Origin: Octopus sinensis
Taxonomy: Eukaryota
NCBI RefSeq assembly: GCF_006345805.1
Contig: NC_043005.1
Location: 15,004,001-15,068,000 of the forward strand
Reading direction: 5' to 3'
Length of the DNA stretch: 64,000 nt
The notes under the pieces: model-generated
Database searches by the model: none
What the model saw: only the letters and a program-made list of their open reading frames with translations
Told to the model about the DNA's origin: nothing
Shown here: in pieces, positions 25,078-39,612 of the stretch
Layout of the letters: the number at the start of each line of letters is the position of its first letter
Numbering within the stretch: position 1 is the first letter of the stretch
Translations under genes and position numbers: made by a program

Positions 25078-25487
25078 AGGTTCAGTCCCACTGTGTGGCA
25101 CATTGGGCAAGTGACTTATAGCCTCGGGCCGACCAATACCTTGTGAGTGGATTTGGTTGACGGAAACTGAAAGAAGCCCGTCGAATATATGTATATGTAT
25201 ATATGTATGTGTGTATATGTTTGTGTGTCTGTGTTTGCCCCCTCCCCCAACATCGCTTGACAACCGATGGTGGTGTGTTTACGTCCACGTAACTTAGCGG
25301 TTCGGCAAAAGAGACCGATAGAATAAGTACTAGGCTTCCAAAGAATAAGTCCTAGGGTCGATTTGCTCGACTAAAGGCGGTGCTCCAGCAAGGCCGCAGT
25401 CAAATGACTGAAGCTAGTAAAAGAATAAAAGTATAAGATAGAAAAAGGGACGAGAACGCATATATACTCCTCTTCCTCCTCCTCCTC

Positions 25488-25545
<58 letters not shown>

Positions 25546-25851
25546 CTACCTACCTACCTACCTACCTACTTACCTACCTACCTACTGAGCTTTCACAAAA
25601 GTAAAAGATAGAAAGATAGAAAAAAAGGAAACTTCGTGTCTTTGAAAACTATGGAATTTTAAAAAATAAAAACATTTCATTTAATTTCTCCACAATTTAA
25701 TTGTTTTTCATGCTTTACTCTAAGTTGAAAAAGTTGCACAGACTGAAACCGGTACTAAAATGTTCTTCATGATAACATTATTTTAGCATTTTATACCTTG
25801 TCCTGTTTTCCTTTTACATATCAACGCGCGTGTGTTACTTTTCAATGTGTG

Positions 25852-25899
<48 letters not shown>

Positions 25900-26616
25900 T
25901 TACTCTTTTACTTGTTTTAGTCATTTGATTGCAGCCATGCTGGAGCACCACTTTTAGTCGAACGAATCGGCCCCAGGACTTATTCTTTGTAAGCCTAGTA
26001 CTTATTCTATCGGTCTCTTTTGCCGAACCGCTAAGTCACGAGGACGTAAACACACCAGCATCGGTTGTCAAGCGATGGTGGGGGACAAACACAGGCACAC
26101 AAACGCACACATATATACATACATATATATAATTGTGTGTGTGTGTGAGAAGGCGCGTGGCTTAGTAGTTAGGGCGTTCGGTTCACAATCATAAGGTTCA
26201 CAATCATAAGGTCCTCGAGTAAGACACTTTATTTCACGTTGCTCCAGTTCACTCAGCTGGGGAAAATGAGTTATACCTGTATTTCAAAGGGCCAGCCTTG
26301 TCACATTCTGGGAACTACATTAAGGCTACACGTGTCTGTGGAGTGCTCAGCCACTTGCACGTTAATTTCACGCGTAGGCTGTTCCGTTGGTCGTATCAGC
26401 TGGGACCCTCGTCGTCGTAACCGACGGAGTGCTCCTAGTGGTTCGGCAAAACAGACCGATAGAATGAATAAGTACTTGGCTTACAAAGAATAAATCTTGG
26501 GTCCAATTTGTTCGACTAAAGGCGGTGCTCCAGCATAGCCACAGTCAAATGACTGAAACAAATAAAAGAATAAATATTGTATATATATATATATATATTG
26601 TGTATGTATGTGTGTG

Positions 26617-26703
<87 letters not shown>

Positions 26704-26713
26704 CATATATATA

Positions 26714-26778
<65 letters not shown>

Positions 26779-27149
26779 AACCACATGGTCCTGGGTTCAG
26801 TCCCACTGCGTGGCACCTTGGGCAAGTGTCTTCTGCTATTGCCCCGGGCCGACCAAAGCCTTGTGAGTGGATTTGGTAGACGGAAACTGAAAGAAGCCTG
26901 TCGTATATATGTATACATATATATGTATGTGCGTGTATGTTTGTGTGTCTGTGTTTGTCCCCCTAGCATTGCTTGACAACCGATGCTGGTGTGTTTATGT
27001 CCCCGTCACCTAGCGGTTCGGCAAAAGTGTCCGATAGAATAAGTACTGGGCTTACAAAAGAATAAGTCCCGGGGTCGAGTTGCTCGATTAAAGGCGGTGC
27101 TCCAGCATGGCCGCAGTCAAATGACTGAAACAAGTAAAAGAGTAAAAGA
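25078..27149. mobile_element. Cluster of SINE family B copies (25078-25432 +, ~25905-26130 -, ~26440-26572 +, 26776-27149 +) plus a family C-like piece (~26149-26435 +)
   Basis: Repeated GGTTCAGTCCCACTG...GGCAAGTG head and GGCGGTGCTCCAGCATGGCCGCAGTCAAATGACTGAAACAAG tail. Confidence 0.85.
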
Positions 27150-27194
27150 ATATATAATATATATATATACACATGCATATTTACACTACACACA

Positions 27195-27580
27195 GCGGAG
27201 GCGCAATGGCCCAGTGGTTAGGGCAGCGGATTCGCGGTCGCAGGATCGCGGTTTCGATTCCCAGACCGGGCGTTGTGAGTGTTTATTGAGCGAAAACACC
27301 TAAAGCTCCACGAGGCTCCGGCAAGGGATGGTGGTGATCCCTGCTGTACTCTTTCACCACAACTTTCTCTCACTCTTACTTCCTGTTTCTGTTGTACCTG
27401 TATTTCAAAGGGCCGGCCTTGTCACTCTCTGTGTCACGCTGAATATCTCCGAGAACTACGTTAAGGGTACACGTGTCTGTGGAGTGCTCAGCCACTTACA
27501 CGTTAATTTCACGAGCAGGCTGTTCCGTTGATTCGGATCAACCGGAACCCTCATCGTCGTAACCGACGGAGTGCTTCCAT
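27195..27580 (+). mobile_element. SINE family C
   Basis: GGAGGCGCAATGGCCCAGTGGTTAGGGCAGCGG head; near-identical to 55325-55708. Confidence 0.9.
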
Positions 27581-27590
27581 TTCCACACAC

Positions 27591-27628
<38 letters not shown>

Positions 27629-28327
27629 ACGCACACACACACACGCACACACACATGCTCAGTACTTAAAACTACATTTAGTTTGTAAACTAAAATTTTC
27701 CAGCAGTAAGCAGTGGTGTCACCCACGCGCGCGCACCCCACCACCACTACCACCACCACCACCACCACCACCATCACACATCCAACTCAAAGACTGTCAC
27801 CGCCGCCTTTATTGCTGATCCCCTCCTCCTCCTCCTCCTCTGTTTCACCCCCCCCCACCACTCTCTCGCTTACAACTGCTTCTGTTTCTTTTAGGTATTC
27901 TAGCATTCATTCATTTATTTGCTTGTTCACTCATTCATGCGTTTATGGAAAGCGCAATTCTAATGAATTCATTTTCTTGTCAGTTTCTCTGTTCGATGTT
28001 GTGGTCATTACCTAAACCTCTTCGAGCCATGCAACAGTAGCAGGTAACTGCTCTTAATATATGTCTTTCATTGCCACTCATTTCTCTCTCTCTCTCTTTG
28101 CTTTCCTATCTTCCTCTGTGTTTTTTTTCTTCTTTTTTTTTCGGTAAGGTATGCCTTCTATTATGAATGAACTTATTTGTGAAGTTACTTCTGTGTGTGT
28201 ATGTGTGGGGTGTGTTTGTGTTAGTGTATCTAAGACCTAAAGGGCTTTTCTCCCCTTTTCTGACAACATTTCAGGAAGCTGAGTTGCATATTTTCCAAAT
28301 AAGAGAGACATGCAAGTTTCAATAGCC

Positions 28328-29256
28328 TAGTTCTCCATAGAAAATTTCCTTAAAAAATACACATTTTTCTGAAAGTTATTAGGAAATCGAATCCTGTGAA
28401 TTTTCAGAAACTTCTCTCCCCATCCTCGGAAAAAAGAATTCACAATCTACAGGTGATATAGATTCTGATCATATCGGACATGCAAGTTTCAATAGATATG
28501 TTTTTGGAATGGAGAATGGAATCAAATATTAAACAGAGATTACATAAGTACATAAAAAGTTAATAACAAACCTTTTTCTATACCGTGCACCTCTAGGAAA
28601 TGCTTGGTTAATTTCCGCACTCCTCTGCAGGTGATATAGATTCTGATCATATCGGACATGCAAGTTTCAATAGATATGTTTTTGGAATGGAGAATGGAAT
28701 CAAATATTAAACAGAGATTACATAAGTACATAAAAAGTTAATAACAAACCTTTTTCTATACCGTGCACCTCTAGGAAATGCTTGGTTAATTTCCGCACTC
28801 CTCTGCAAATATAATATCACGGAACATCAATTTTCTAACAAGTAACTTATTAAAAAAGGATAAATTGTCACATATAATTCTGTGAAACTATTAAGTTTTT
28901 GGTGTGCTTAATAGAAGAAAGTTATAGTGAAGAGCAAGTTCGTTTTATTCTGGAAAGCGATTTTGAAGTATACAGTTTCCATCTTTTTGTCGCATCCCCT
29001 AAAACCTGTGGACGTACACCAGTGTACCCCCACCACCACTTTGTTTCCTCATAACTCTCAGAAAAATGGATATATTTTAATGAAATTTTCTACAAAAATC
29101 CTTCAGGTGATGTAGATTCTGATCATATCGGAATTTGTTGTGAATTCTTTTTTTCCGAGGATGGGGAAAGAAGTTTCTGAAAATTCACAGGATTCGATTT
29201 CCTAATAACTTTCAGAAAAATGTGTATTTTTTAAGGAAATTTTCTATGGAGAACTA
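28328..29256. repeat. ~118-bp inverted repeat enclosing a perfect 178-bp tandem duplication
   Basis: 28328-28445 vs 29138-29256 (one substitution, one indel); 28450-28627 is identical to 28628-28805. Confidence 0.9.
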
Positions 29257-31724
29257 ATCGAAATCTATAACATCCGAAACGTATTTGTAAAAGATTTCAT
29301 TTAAAAATATCCATTTTTTCCCCCCGAAAGTTATGAGGAAACAAAGTCGGGGGGAAGGGTACACCTATGTAGGCCCAAGACCTGAAATTTGGGGGAAGTG
29401 GACCGTCGATTACATCGATTAGTACCTATTTTATCTACCCCTAAAAGAAGAAAGGCAAAGAATCGACCATGGCGAATTTGAACTCAGAAAGTAAAAGCAG
29501 AAGAAATGCCACGAAGCATTTTGTCCGGCGTCCTAACGATTCTGTCAACCCATATATAATGGGTTTCTTTTTTTAAATTTTATTTTACTTTTCAAACAAA
29601 TGAAATTATTTTATAGATACTTCTTTCAAAATTTCACTGCATCTTTCAAAACTTCCAATGCTTCCTGAGATTCGCCAACACTACACCTGATTTTTACCCC
29701 CTCCATACACACGCATGTCGCTTTCCAGACATTTCTACACTACTGCATATACTTTATACGCACTTTTGACAAGTTGTGGTGCACCTCAGCACTGTATACA
29801 ATAATTTCATTATTATTATTATTATAAGTAAAAAAAATCGACTGTAGCAGTTGTGCATCACAACTACCACTCGTTCTTATCCAATATCCAAAAGTAAAAA
29901 TGGAAAAGGGGGAACAAGGGAAGAAAACGAAAGAGAAAGAAAAGAAAAATAAAAACAAAAAAGAAGAAAAACCGTCAGAAAGGGGAATAAAAACGCACCA
30001 AGTGCACATCACTAAGTTCCACGGAACAAGCCAATACGCACGCGGCATTACTACTGGCAATGTTTGTTTATATGTGAAGTTATATATAAAACCAATTGAA
30101 AGTTAAACTGAAGAATTCTTTAGTAGTGTTTACTAGAGTATAATATTAATTTTTACGAAGCAACAGTTAACAGGGACTTCGAAATTTCGGCTTGCTCGCT
30201 GCCATCAGACTATACACACACACACACACACATCATAGGACGGGCGATGTATATCTTATTTCTTTTGTTTTGAAAATTCTACTACTTTGAACACGTTATT
30301 GATTATCTTTATGAAAACAAAACATAGACCGTATGTTGTGCATTGTTGGCAGTGACTAGGATGCTGTTTCGAACAATGTTTAAATGAGGATAGTCTAAGA
30401 TTATCTTAATTACACAAACGTTCTCAGATCGAAATAGACTTTCGTAATAAAACTTATTGATTTGCGGGTAAATTTTCAACTTTTGGTACAGGCTATGGAA
30501 GCCCGTATTGTCCCAAAGCTTAAATAGATATATAAATATAACTGATAGTAAAAAAAAAGTTGTAAAAGCGGAATATTTTTATATTATTGTCAGAGACGTA
30601 ATCAATTCCCCCTTTCCACGAAATATAGCTAGTAGAGATGTAGCAACAGGTGAGTGGACAGATAAATTACCTTTCGGTATTTTGCCGTTCTCGGTTCAAA
30701 TCCCAAAGAGTCCATCTTTAGGTATCGTCCTCCTGGGGTTAATAAAATAATTCCCAGTGAAAAACCAGTTGCTTGAATAGACTGTATCCTTCTACGCAAA
30801 AGTACTGGCGTTATCTTTCAATGTTTTCTTTTTCTAAACTAAATATAGGTACCAATAGAAAAAAAGTCTATGATTGAGAATCAACAGTGAGTTCTTGTTT
30901 GCCTTTCGGCCAAGTACTCGCTTCCGATATTCTTTAAAGTATATAGCCCCACCTGTAATCCCAGTTACTAGACTTAATTGACACACTTATTCACCCCACT
31001 CCTTCAGGGAAAGGAATATTTTAAAAAAGAAATTTTGTGCAGCTATTTTTCAGATGGTATAGACGACAATTATAATGGAAAATAATGTAAAAGTTGAAAA
31101 TAGTGGGTGCGCACACATGCATACTGACACACATCAATTTTTTTTCAAAATTTTAAGTTTATATATTTTAATAAGGGTGCGATGGGTAAATTGTCGCTAT
31201 TTTATATTTTTAATTTCGAACGGTCACTATAAAGATCTTCACCCATGAACAAAAAAACAAAAAAAAAATAGCCTGCTGGGTTTTAACATGTAGAAAACGG
31301 TTATGTAAAAAAAAAAATTGCGCTAACAACCCTGGTGGGGGGGGGGGACTTTTGGAAAATTCACAAGATCCGATTTTTCTGTCATGACTTTCGGTAAAAT
31401 AGATATGTATTGATTTTTTTTTTTTTTTACGGAATCCCACGTTTTTCGTTATGGAGGATCCAATTCGGAAAAAAAAAATTTCAAAATTTCACCACCACCC
31501 CCGGATTTTTCTGGATTTTTTTTTTTTTTTTGTGAAATACGTAGAAAAATACGAAGATAACGGTTCTGAACAAAATTTGTTTGTAAAATTTCAATTTTTC
31601 AACAAAAATATATATATATACCCCAGGCCTTTAAGCAGGCTAGCCACATGCTAGAAATAACACCCAAATCTCACAAAACTGCGATAACATAATGTAATCA
31701 ATCTACTCACCTTTCTGCAAAAAT

Positions 31725-32517
31725 TTCTTTCAGAGTAATTTCCTGCAGAAATGTTTGGTGTATCAAGAAGTACTGTCTTGAAAGTAATGACAGCCTATGA
31801 GAAAGAGGGGAAAACGTCCTTGTGGAAACAAAACTCCAGAAGAAAACCAAAACTTTCAGATAAAGATCATTGGACTGTTATGCAAATTGTTAGAAAGGAT
31901 GACAAAAGTACAGCTCCCAAAAGTACTGCAGAGCTTAATGACCACCTCAAGAACCCAGTTTCCAAAAAACTGTTTGCTGGGAGATGCACAAAGCCAGATT
32001 TCAAGGGAGGGCTGCAATCAGAAAACCACTACTTTCAAAGAGTGGAGTAAAAACCTACAGAATTGGTCCCTAGAGCAGTGGAAGAATGTTATTTTCTTGG
32101 ATGAGTCATCCTTTACCCTATTTCCGACCACTGGCCGAGTATACATGTGGGGACAGCCAAAAGAAGCATTTGACCCAGGTTGCCTTCTTCCAACTGTCAA
32201 ACATGAAGGAGGATCTGTGATGATCTGGGGGGGGGGCTATATCTTGGAAATCCGCCAAACCAATGGTTTCCCATCATGGCATAATTAATAGTCAAGACTA
32301 TTTAAGCATTTTATCTGATCAAATTCATCCTATGGTTGCGGAACTGTTTCCAGAGGGAAACGCAATCTTTCAGGGTGATAATACACCAATTCACACTGCT
32401 AAAGTTGTTACTGAATGGCACAAGGAACAGTCTAGTGAAGTCAAACATCTTATCTGGCCACCACAGTCTCCAGAGCTCAATATTATTGAACATTCATGGT
32501 GTATTTTAGAAAAACAA
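31725..32517 (+). mobile_element. Tc1-like transposase pseudogene, 3'-truncated
   Basis: HTH piece, WKNVIFLDESSF, TVKHEGGSVMIWG and FQGDNTPIH...WPPQSPELNIIE in three frames. Confidence 0.9.
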
Positions 32518-32585
32518 GTTAGGAATAGGGCTGAGGGAGTCGACAGAAATCACAGTTGGTAATAATAATAATAATAATAATAATG

Positions 32586-32622
<37 letters not shown>

Positions 32623-34459
32623 TAATAGTAACAATAATAATTATAATGACAACAACAACAACAACAATAATAATAATAATAGTAACAATAGCAATAACAC
32701 CAAAAACTCCCCCCCAAATATATGGCACACTAGGCATAACAACAACATGAACTTCCAACCTGTTGTCTCTTGAGGTCTCTGGGTGAGACTTGGAGCCAAC
32801 TTGTACAAATATAAAGCAAAAGTCAAACATAGAATAATAATAATAATAATAATAACAATAATAATAATATTAATGATAATAACAATAACAATAATAATGA
32901 TAATATTAATAATATTAATATTAATAATAGTACTGTCAACTATAATGTAAATCCCCAAAATGGGAATGATGATGATGATGTGGTGAATAGAAGTGATAGT
33001 GGTAGCACTTCTAATATAAACATTATAGATTGTAGTTCCAGTGCATATACGGGCATGAAAACTATTAGTAAGCCTGCTGATGCTGAGGCAGTTTTAAATG
33101 AAACTACGATTGAAGTGGTGTTAGAAAATAACAGACGTGAACATAACATACTTGATAATAGAAATATTAATAATAATACTACTACTAATAATAATAATTC
33201 CCATAGCTGCAATTGTAGAGTTAAATCCTGCTGTCCATTATTAGGCCAATGTCTTACCCAGAATGTAATATATAAATGTACAATAATAACTATAACTAAT
33301 AATTTTATATACTTTGGTTGTTTGATTAATTTGAAACAGCGTCTATACAACCACATGTTGTCCTTTAAACTTAAACATAAGGCAAAGTGTACGTCATTAT
33401 CCAGTAAGATTGAGAATTGAAGGCAAGTGGAATTGGGTTTAGCCTCAAATGGGAAATAATAAGAAAAGCACATAATAAGAAAAGAATTAGCAGATATGGG
33501 TGTGAGCTGTGCTCTATGGAAACATATGAAATTTTTAAGCATAAAAATCAAGGCAACCTTATTAATAATTGATTAGATCTTAGGATATCATGTGTATATA
33601 GTGTCACCCATAGCTTTAAATATTTTAGAAAGTAGCACTTTATTGATCTTGTTCAAGATATTGATCTAAGTTTAAGTTCAGTGTATAGTTAACATATCCT
33701 ACAACATCAATATTCCTTTAATTAATACAGGGTATCAGTCATTATAGATATAAGCTAAATAAGTAAATAAACAATTTTTAATTTTAAATACTTGAATTAT
33801 CATATATTTTCTATAAATCTTCTCTATTGATTTTACTAAGTTGTATATATACTTCATCATGGTTTTTAGTGATTAAGCTATTTTATATCCTTTTCTATGA
33901 TGTTCTACCCTACCTGATCATTTTAAATACTTTTTAACACTTTATAATTGCCTTTAGATAAACCAAAATTTTTGTACCCCTATAAATTCATACTTAGCTT
34001 ATATAAAACAATATGGATATCTTCACAACTTAAAATTAAACTGCTTAGATTATAATTTAATTAATTTATAGTAAATTTGTTCTTTTGCCTCAATGCTAAA
34101 TCTTCTTGATAACTCTAAATTTTAACTTTATACAATATAGCTATATTATTTAAAATAGTTTAAGTAATTACTTTATTTATCCCTTTCTTAAAGTGTTCCA
34201 TCCTCCTGATCTTAGAACTTATATTGGCCTTTATACAAGTAGCCCTTCTAATTAAGTATCCCTAAGAAACTGTAATATCATGTACGGATTAACACAAATA
34301 ACTTTTAAAACCTATATTATACCTCTTAATTTAAAATTAGTATATAATTAGCATGTCCTTTTAACATGAATATTCTTTTAACTAATTCTGGGTATCAGTC
34401 TTGATTGAAATAAGCTAAATAAGTTAATAAATAACTTTTAGTTCATAATACTTAAATTA

Positions 34460-34856
34460 GGCGCAGGAGTGGCTGTGTGGTAAGTAGCTTGCTAACCAAC
34501 CACATGGTTCCGGGTTCAGTCCCACTGCATGGCACCTTGGGCAAGTGTCTTTTGCTATAGCCCCGGGCCGACCAATGCCTTGTGAGTGGATTTGGTAGAC
34601 GGAAACTGAAAAGAAGCCTGTCGTATATATGTATATGTGTTTGTGTGTATGTGTTTGTGTGTCTGTGTTTGTCCCCCTAGCATTGCTTGACAACCGATGC
34701 TGGTGTGTTTACGTCCCCGTCACTTAGTGGTTCGGCAAAAGAGACCGATAGAATAAGTACTAGGCTTACAAAGAATAAGTCCCGGGGTCGATTTGTTCGA
34801 CTAAAGGCGGTGCTCCAGCATGGCCGCAGTCAAATGACTGAAACAAGTAAAAGAGT
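34460..34856 (+). mobile_element. Full-length SINE family B inserted in tandem unit 2
   Basis: GGCGCAGGAGTGGCTGTGTGG head; the empty site is visible in unit 3 (AATTA|TTATACATT). Confidence 0.92.
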
Positions 34857-35422
34857 ATTATACATTTTCTATAAATTTTCTCTATTGAAGTTAATAAGGT
34901 ATTTTATTATGGTTTTAGTGATTAGGTTATCTGTATTCCTTTTCTATGGTGCTCTACCCTACCTGATCATTTTATTATTTTATAATAGCCTTTGATAAAT
35001 CTAATTTTTGTACCCCTATTAATTCATACTTAGCTTATATAAGACAATACCGGTATTTCCACAACTTAAAATAATTCAATTTAATTAAATTAGTATATAG
35101 TTAACATGTTCTTTAGCCTCAGTACGTCTTTATTAAGTACCAGTAAAATCCAGTTGGTCAATCTCCATAGAAACCATATAATAAGTTAATATTTAGATAA
35201 TAATAAGTATAAATATTAAACTATTTCTTTGTAATTTTCTTTTCTGCCCTCTATTGTGGTAAAATTTGGTATATACTTTAAAACATTCAAAGAAGTTTAA
35301 TCCTTTTGTTATAATATCATTCTTAATAATCTTCTTGACTACCCTAAATTTTAACTTTATACAACTTGGCAATATCGTTTGAAATGATCTTTAGAAATTA
35401 CTTGATTTATCCCCTTTCTTAA

Positions 35423-35641
35423 TCCTTTAGTGTTCAGATTATTCTATCAAACATAATGCTTATTGATTCCCATTGATTTGAATTAATCATGCATTATCTC
35501 ATATCTTCAAGATGTTGATGGTGTAATTACCTAACGTAGAATAACATTGTAGGGTAGGTGTGAGAGCCTGGATCTGGTCAGTTTAAACATAAAACAGATT
35601 AACTATTTTGGCCGGATATGGCCGGTTTAAATACTAAAGGG
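35423..35641. mobile_element. piggyBac-like TTAA MITE (family 1)
   Basis: TTAA-TCCTTTAG...CTAAAGGG-TTAG; empty TTAA site in unit 1; related to the element starting at 60012. Confidence 0.8.
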
Positions 35642-36733
35642 TTAGTGCTCTACCCTCCTGATCTTAGTATTTATAAGGGCCTTTATATAAGTAACCCTTC
35701 TAATTAAGTACCCCTAAGAAACTATATCATATATGGAGTAACAATAATAACTTCTAAAACCTATAATATAACCCTTAGTTTTAAAAATTAGTTTAAAATT
35801 TAGAATGTCCTACAACATCAATATTCCTTTAGCTAATACCTGGTATCAGTCTTTATTGATAGTAGCTAAATAAGTAAATATATAATTTTTAGCTTGGTAT
35901 ACTTTGAATTATTATACATTTTCTATAAATCTTCCCTATTGATGTTAATAAGGTATATATACTTTATCATGTTTTTAGTGATTAAGCTATTTTATTCCTT
36001 TTCTATGGTGTTCTACCCTACCTGTTCATTTTATTTTTTTATCATTTCATAATAGCTTTTATTTATTTATAAAATTAATTTAATTTTTGTACCTCTATAA
36101 ATTCATACTTAGCTTGTATAAAACAATACTGGTATATTCACTACTTAAAATAAACTACTTAGATTATAATTTAATTAATATATAGTTAGCATGTTCTTTT
36201 ACCTTAGTAACCCTTTATTAAATACCAGTATATACCAATTGATCAATATTCACAGATACCATCTGATAAGTTAGTATTTAAGTATATAATATAGATAAAT
36301 ATTAAACTATTTCTAGATAATTTCTTTTCTGCCCTCTATTGTGGTAAAAGTTTGGTATATACTCAAAAGCATTCAAAAAACTTTTTATCCTTTTGTTATA
36401 ATATTCTAATAAATCTTGATACTTTTTTTATGACTATACCCACTATGATTTCTGTCGACTCCCTCAGCCCTATTCCTAACAGACACTGCTCCTTGTTTTC
36501 TCGGGTCTTAGATATACTAAGATTTGATAAAACTAGTCTATAAATTAAAACTGACCCCATAAGACAGTGACAAACAAAATCTGTAACAAGTCTTTCTTCC
36601 TGATACCTTAGTAGCTTCTAAGCTGAAGTGAAGGCAGCATGTTCTTTGTCTATCTCCTTACCTTCTAGGAGATTTTAGGTAAAATTATACTAAAGTGACC
36701 ATCTGTTCTAAATTAATTAAATTCTATATCTTT

Positions 36734-36824
36734 GTGCAGCTGAAGATTGCTCTGCATTTAAATTGATGTAATGGTTGCAGTGTTCAATTAAATGGAATTG
36801 TTTGAAACGACGATTGTACTACAT
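36734..36824 (+). ncRNA. Decayed type I hammerhead
   Basis: GTGCAG / CTGAAGA / inner stem CATTTAAATTGA-TCAATTAAATG / GAAAC...TGTA / CTACAT; the stem II base and stem III are damaged. Confidence 0.5.
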
Positions 36825-36936
36825 TACCTCTGGGTATCCTTCTTGCTTATTTTGATTTTAATCACTTTATTTTGAAATTGCATGGATAATACCGTACTAA
36901 ATTCTGGTGCCTCAACTTAAGTACCATATTCATCTG

Positions 36937-37061
<125 letters not shown>

Positions 37062-38396
37062 ATATAATAATAATAATAATAATAAACATTGTGTACAGTG
37101 CTCAGGTGCACTACAACTCATCGAAAGTGTATATATAATCAGGTGTAGTTTTGACGGATTTCGGAAAGCATGAGGGCCTTAAAGGATGCAGTGTCATGGC
37201 AGTCAATATAAGAAATTAAAGAAGGAAAATGCACACACTTTACAGTTTTAATATAATCTTTAATATATCGACCGGTTTTGTTTTCGCTATTCATTATATT
37301 AAGATTTACTTATTTGAATATGTATTTTCTTAAGAGATTTTTTGTCTTTATTGTTTGTGATGATATTTACGAGTGAATGATTTAACAAATAGAAAAATAT
37401 ATTAAAGATTATATTAAAACTATGTAAAGTGTGTGCATTTTCCTTCTTTAATTTCTTATATATATTACAACTCACCACGTGGGGATAATTGAAATTCCTC
37501 CTTTTCTGTGACTATATATATTTATATATGTATGCATATATGTGTGTGTCTGTGTGTGTATGTATATATATATATATATATATACATGTACACGGTCCAG
37601 GACTGGGTGCTATTTATTGAGACTGAACCTGCAACCATGTGATTGAGAAGCAAAATTCTTACCACACAGCTACAGCTGCACCTATGTGTGTACATGTGTA
37701 TGTGTGCATGCATGCGTATGCGTGTGCTTACGTGCTTGAGTGCACGTATATGTGTGTATGTATGTGTGTGTATGTATGCGTGTGTATGTATGTACACACA
37801 CATGATGTAATGACATTGGGGAAGGACTCTCGTCGTTGAACTAAGTTCCTGAAGAATTTGATAAATATAAATATTTTGTGCTAATTTTTGCTGTATTAAT
37901 TCTTGCTATTTATCAGACTGATCTTACATTCTTTACATATTTCCCATACTCGTATTTTCATTGCAATATTACGCTGAGTTTAAGGTGGTGAGCTGGAAGG
38001 AATGTTAGCACACTAGGCAAAATGTTTAGAGGCATCGAATCTGTCTTTTCATTCTGAATTCAAATTTTACTGAGGTCATCTTTCATCCTGTTGGGGTTCA
38101 TAAAATAAGTACCAGTTGAGAACTGGGGTTGATGTAATTGACTTGCCAAACTCCTTCTGAAATTGCTGGCCTTGTGCCAAAATTTGACACCAATATTACA
38201 CTGAATTTATTTTGTACATTTATTCTATGACAAGTTATTTACATTCACAAATGCTTTAAACTGTTTTTGAAACTAATATTTATCCTGACAATCTTCCAAA
38301 ATATTTCTATCATCAAATGTGTCTTAGAATGTTCAAAAATTTAAACATTTTAGACAGCATTAAACAAGGAAACGGTACGAAATATGTGGTGGTGGT

Positions 38397-38472
38397 GAAC
38401 CGCTAAGTTACGGGGATGTAAACACACCACCATCGGTTGTCAATCAATGTTGGGGTAACAAACACAGACATA

Positions 38473-38512
<40 letters not shown>

Positions 38513-38519
38513 CGCGCAC

Positions 38520-38612
<93 letters not shown>

Positions 38613-39558
38613 CAATGGGCTTCATTCAGTTTCTGTCTACCAAATCCACTCACAAGGCTTTGGTCAGTCCGAGGCAATAGTAGAAGACACTTACCCAAGG
38701 TGCCATGCAGTGGGAATGAACCCGGAACCATGTGGTTGGTAAGCAAGCTACTTACCACACAGCCACTCCTGTGCCTATATGATGGTTCTCTCTTGCAAGC
38801 ATGGAAAAGAAGGAATAACACAAAACAAAACCAGGGAAGATAAAAGTATGGGGATTCAAGTGGGGTTGCTTCTTGAGCAAACCAATGAAGATTATGAGAT
38901 TACTTGCTAGAAATAGCAACCAAATCTCCCTCAGAAATCACCCCGTCCCGTCTTAAAAGAAAAGATACATTCATTCTCTTACATATCATCATCATCATCA
39001 TTATCATCATTCAACGTCCTCTTTCCATGCTGGCATGGGTTAAAAATGAGATGGTTATAGTTGGAATACTTTTGGTAACAGTTCTGACAAATTATGTCTG
39101 AACCAGAGCTAGATAAAAACTGTTCCACCAGTTAAGGTCCCCACACAAGAGTGAGTGCAGTAGCAACTATCTGGAGAATTTCTTGTACACATATACTCTT
39201 TTACTCTTCTACTCTTTTACTTGTTTCAGTCATTTGACTGTGGCCATGCTGGAGCACCGCCTTTAGTCAAGCAAATCGACCCCGGGACTTATTCTTTGTA
39301 AGCCCAGTACTTATTCTATCGGTCTCTTTTGCCGAACCGCTAAGTGACGGGGACGTAAACACACCAGCATCGGCTGTCAAGCAATGCTAGGGGGACAAAC
39401 ACACACACACATATATATATATATACATATATACAATAGGCTTCTTTCAGTTGGTCGGCCCGGGGCTATTGCAGAAGACACTTGCCCAAGATGCCACGCA
39501 GTGGGACTGAACCCGGAACCATGTGGTTGGTTAGCAAGCTACTTACCACACAGCCACT

Positions 39559-39560
<2 letters not shown>
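38397..39560 (-). mobile_element. Two SINE family B copies (38397-38775 and 39196-39560)
   Basis: Reverse complements of 34460-34856 with expanded internal (CA)/(TA) tracts. Confidence 0.88.

Positions 39561-39612
<52 letters not shown>

Larger units (their letters stand above)
33690..36420. repeat. Degenerate tandem triplication of a ~0.9-kb AT-rich unit
   Basis: Landmarks such as GGTATCAGTC...AGCTAAATAAGT, TTCTATG(A/G)TG(T/C)TCTACCCTACCTG and TTTTGTACC(C/T)CTAT(A/T)AATTCATACTTAGCTT each occur three times, with units starting at ~33690, ~34351 and ~35803. Confidence 0.85.

Noticed and set aside
30165-30212. Minus-strand CTGATGG...GCC-GAAA-TTTCGAAGTC, a possible hammerhead relic
   Set aside because: The core and stem II are damaged and the stem I 5' strand is absent; too degenerate to call from one copy.
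33690-36420. Possible NUMT or alternative-code gene in the AT-rich tandem region
   Set aside because: I recognised no mitochondrial rRNA, tRNA or OXPHOS motifs, and stops are frequent in all frames that I translated.
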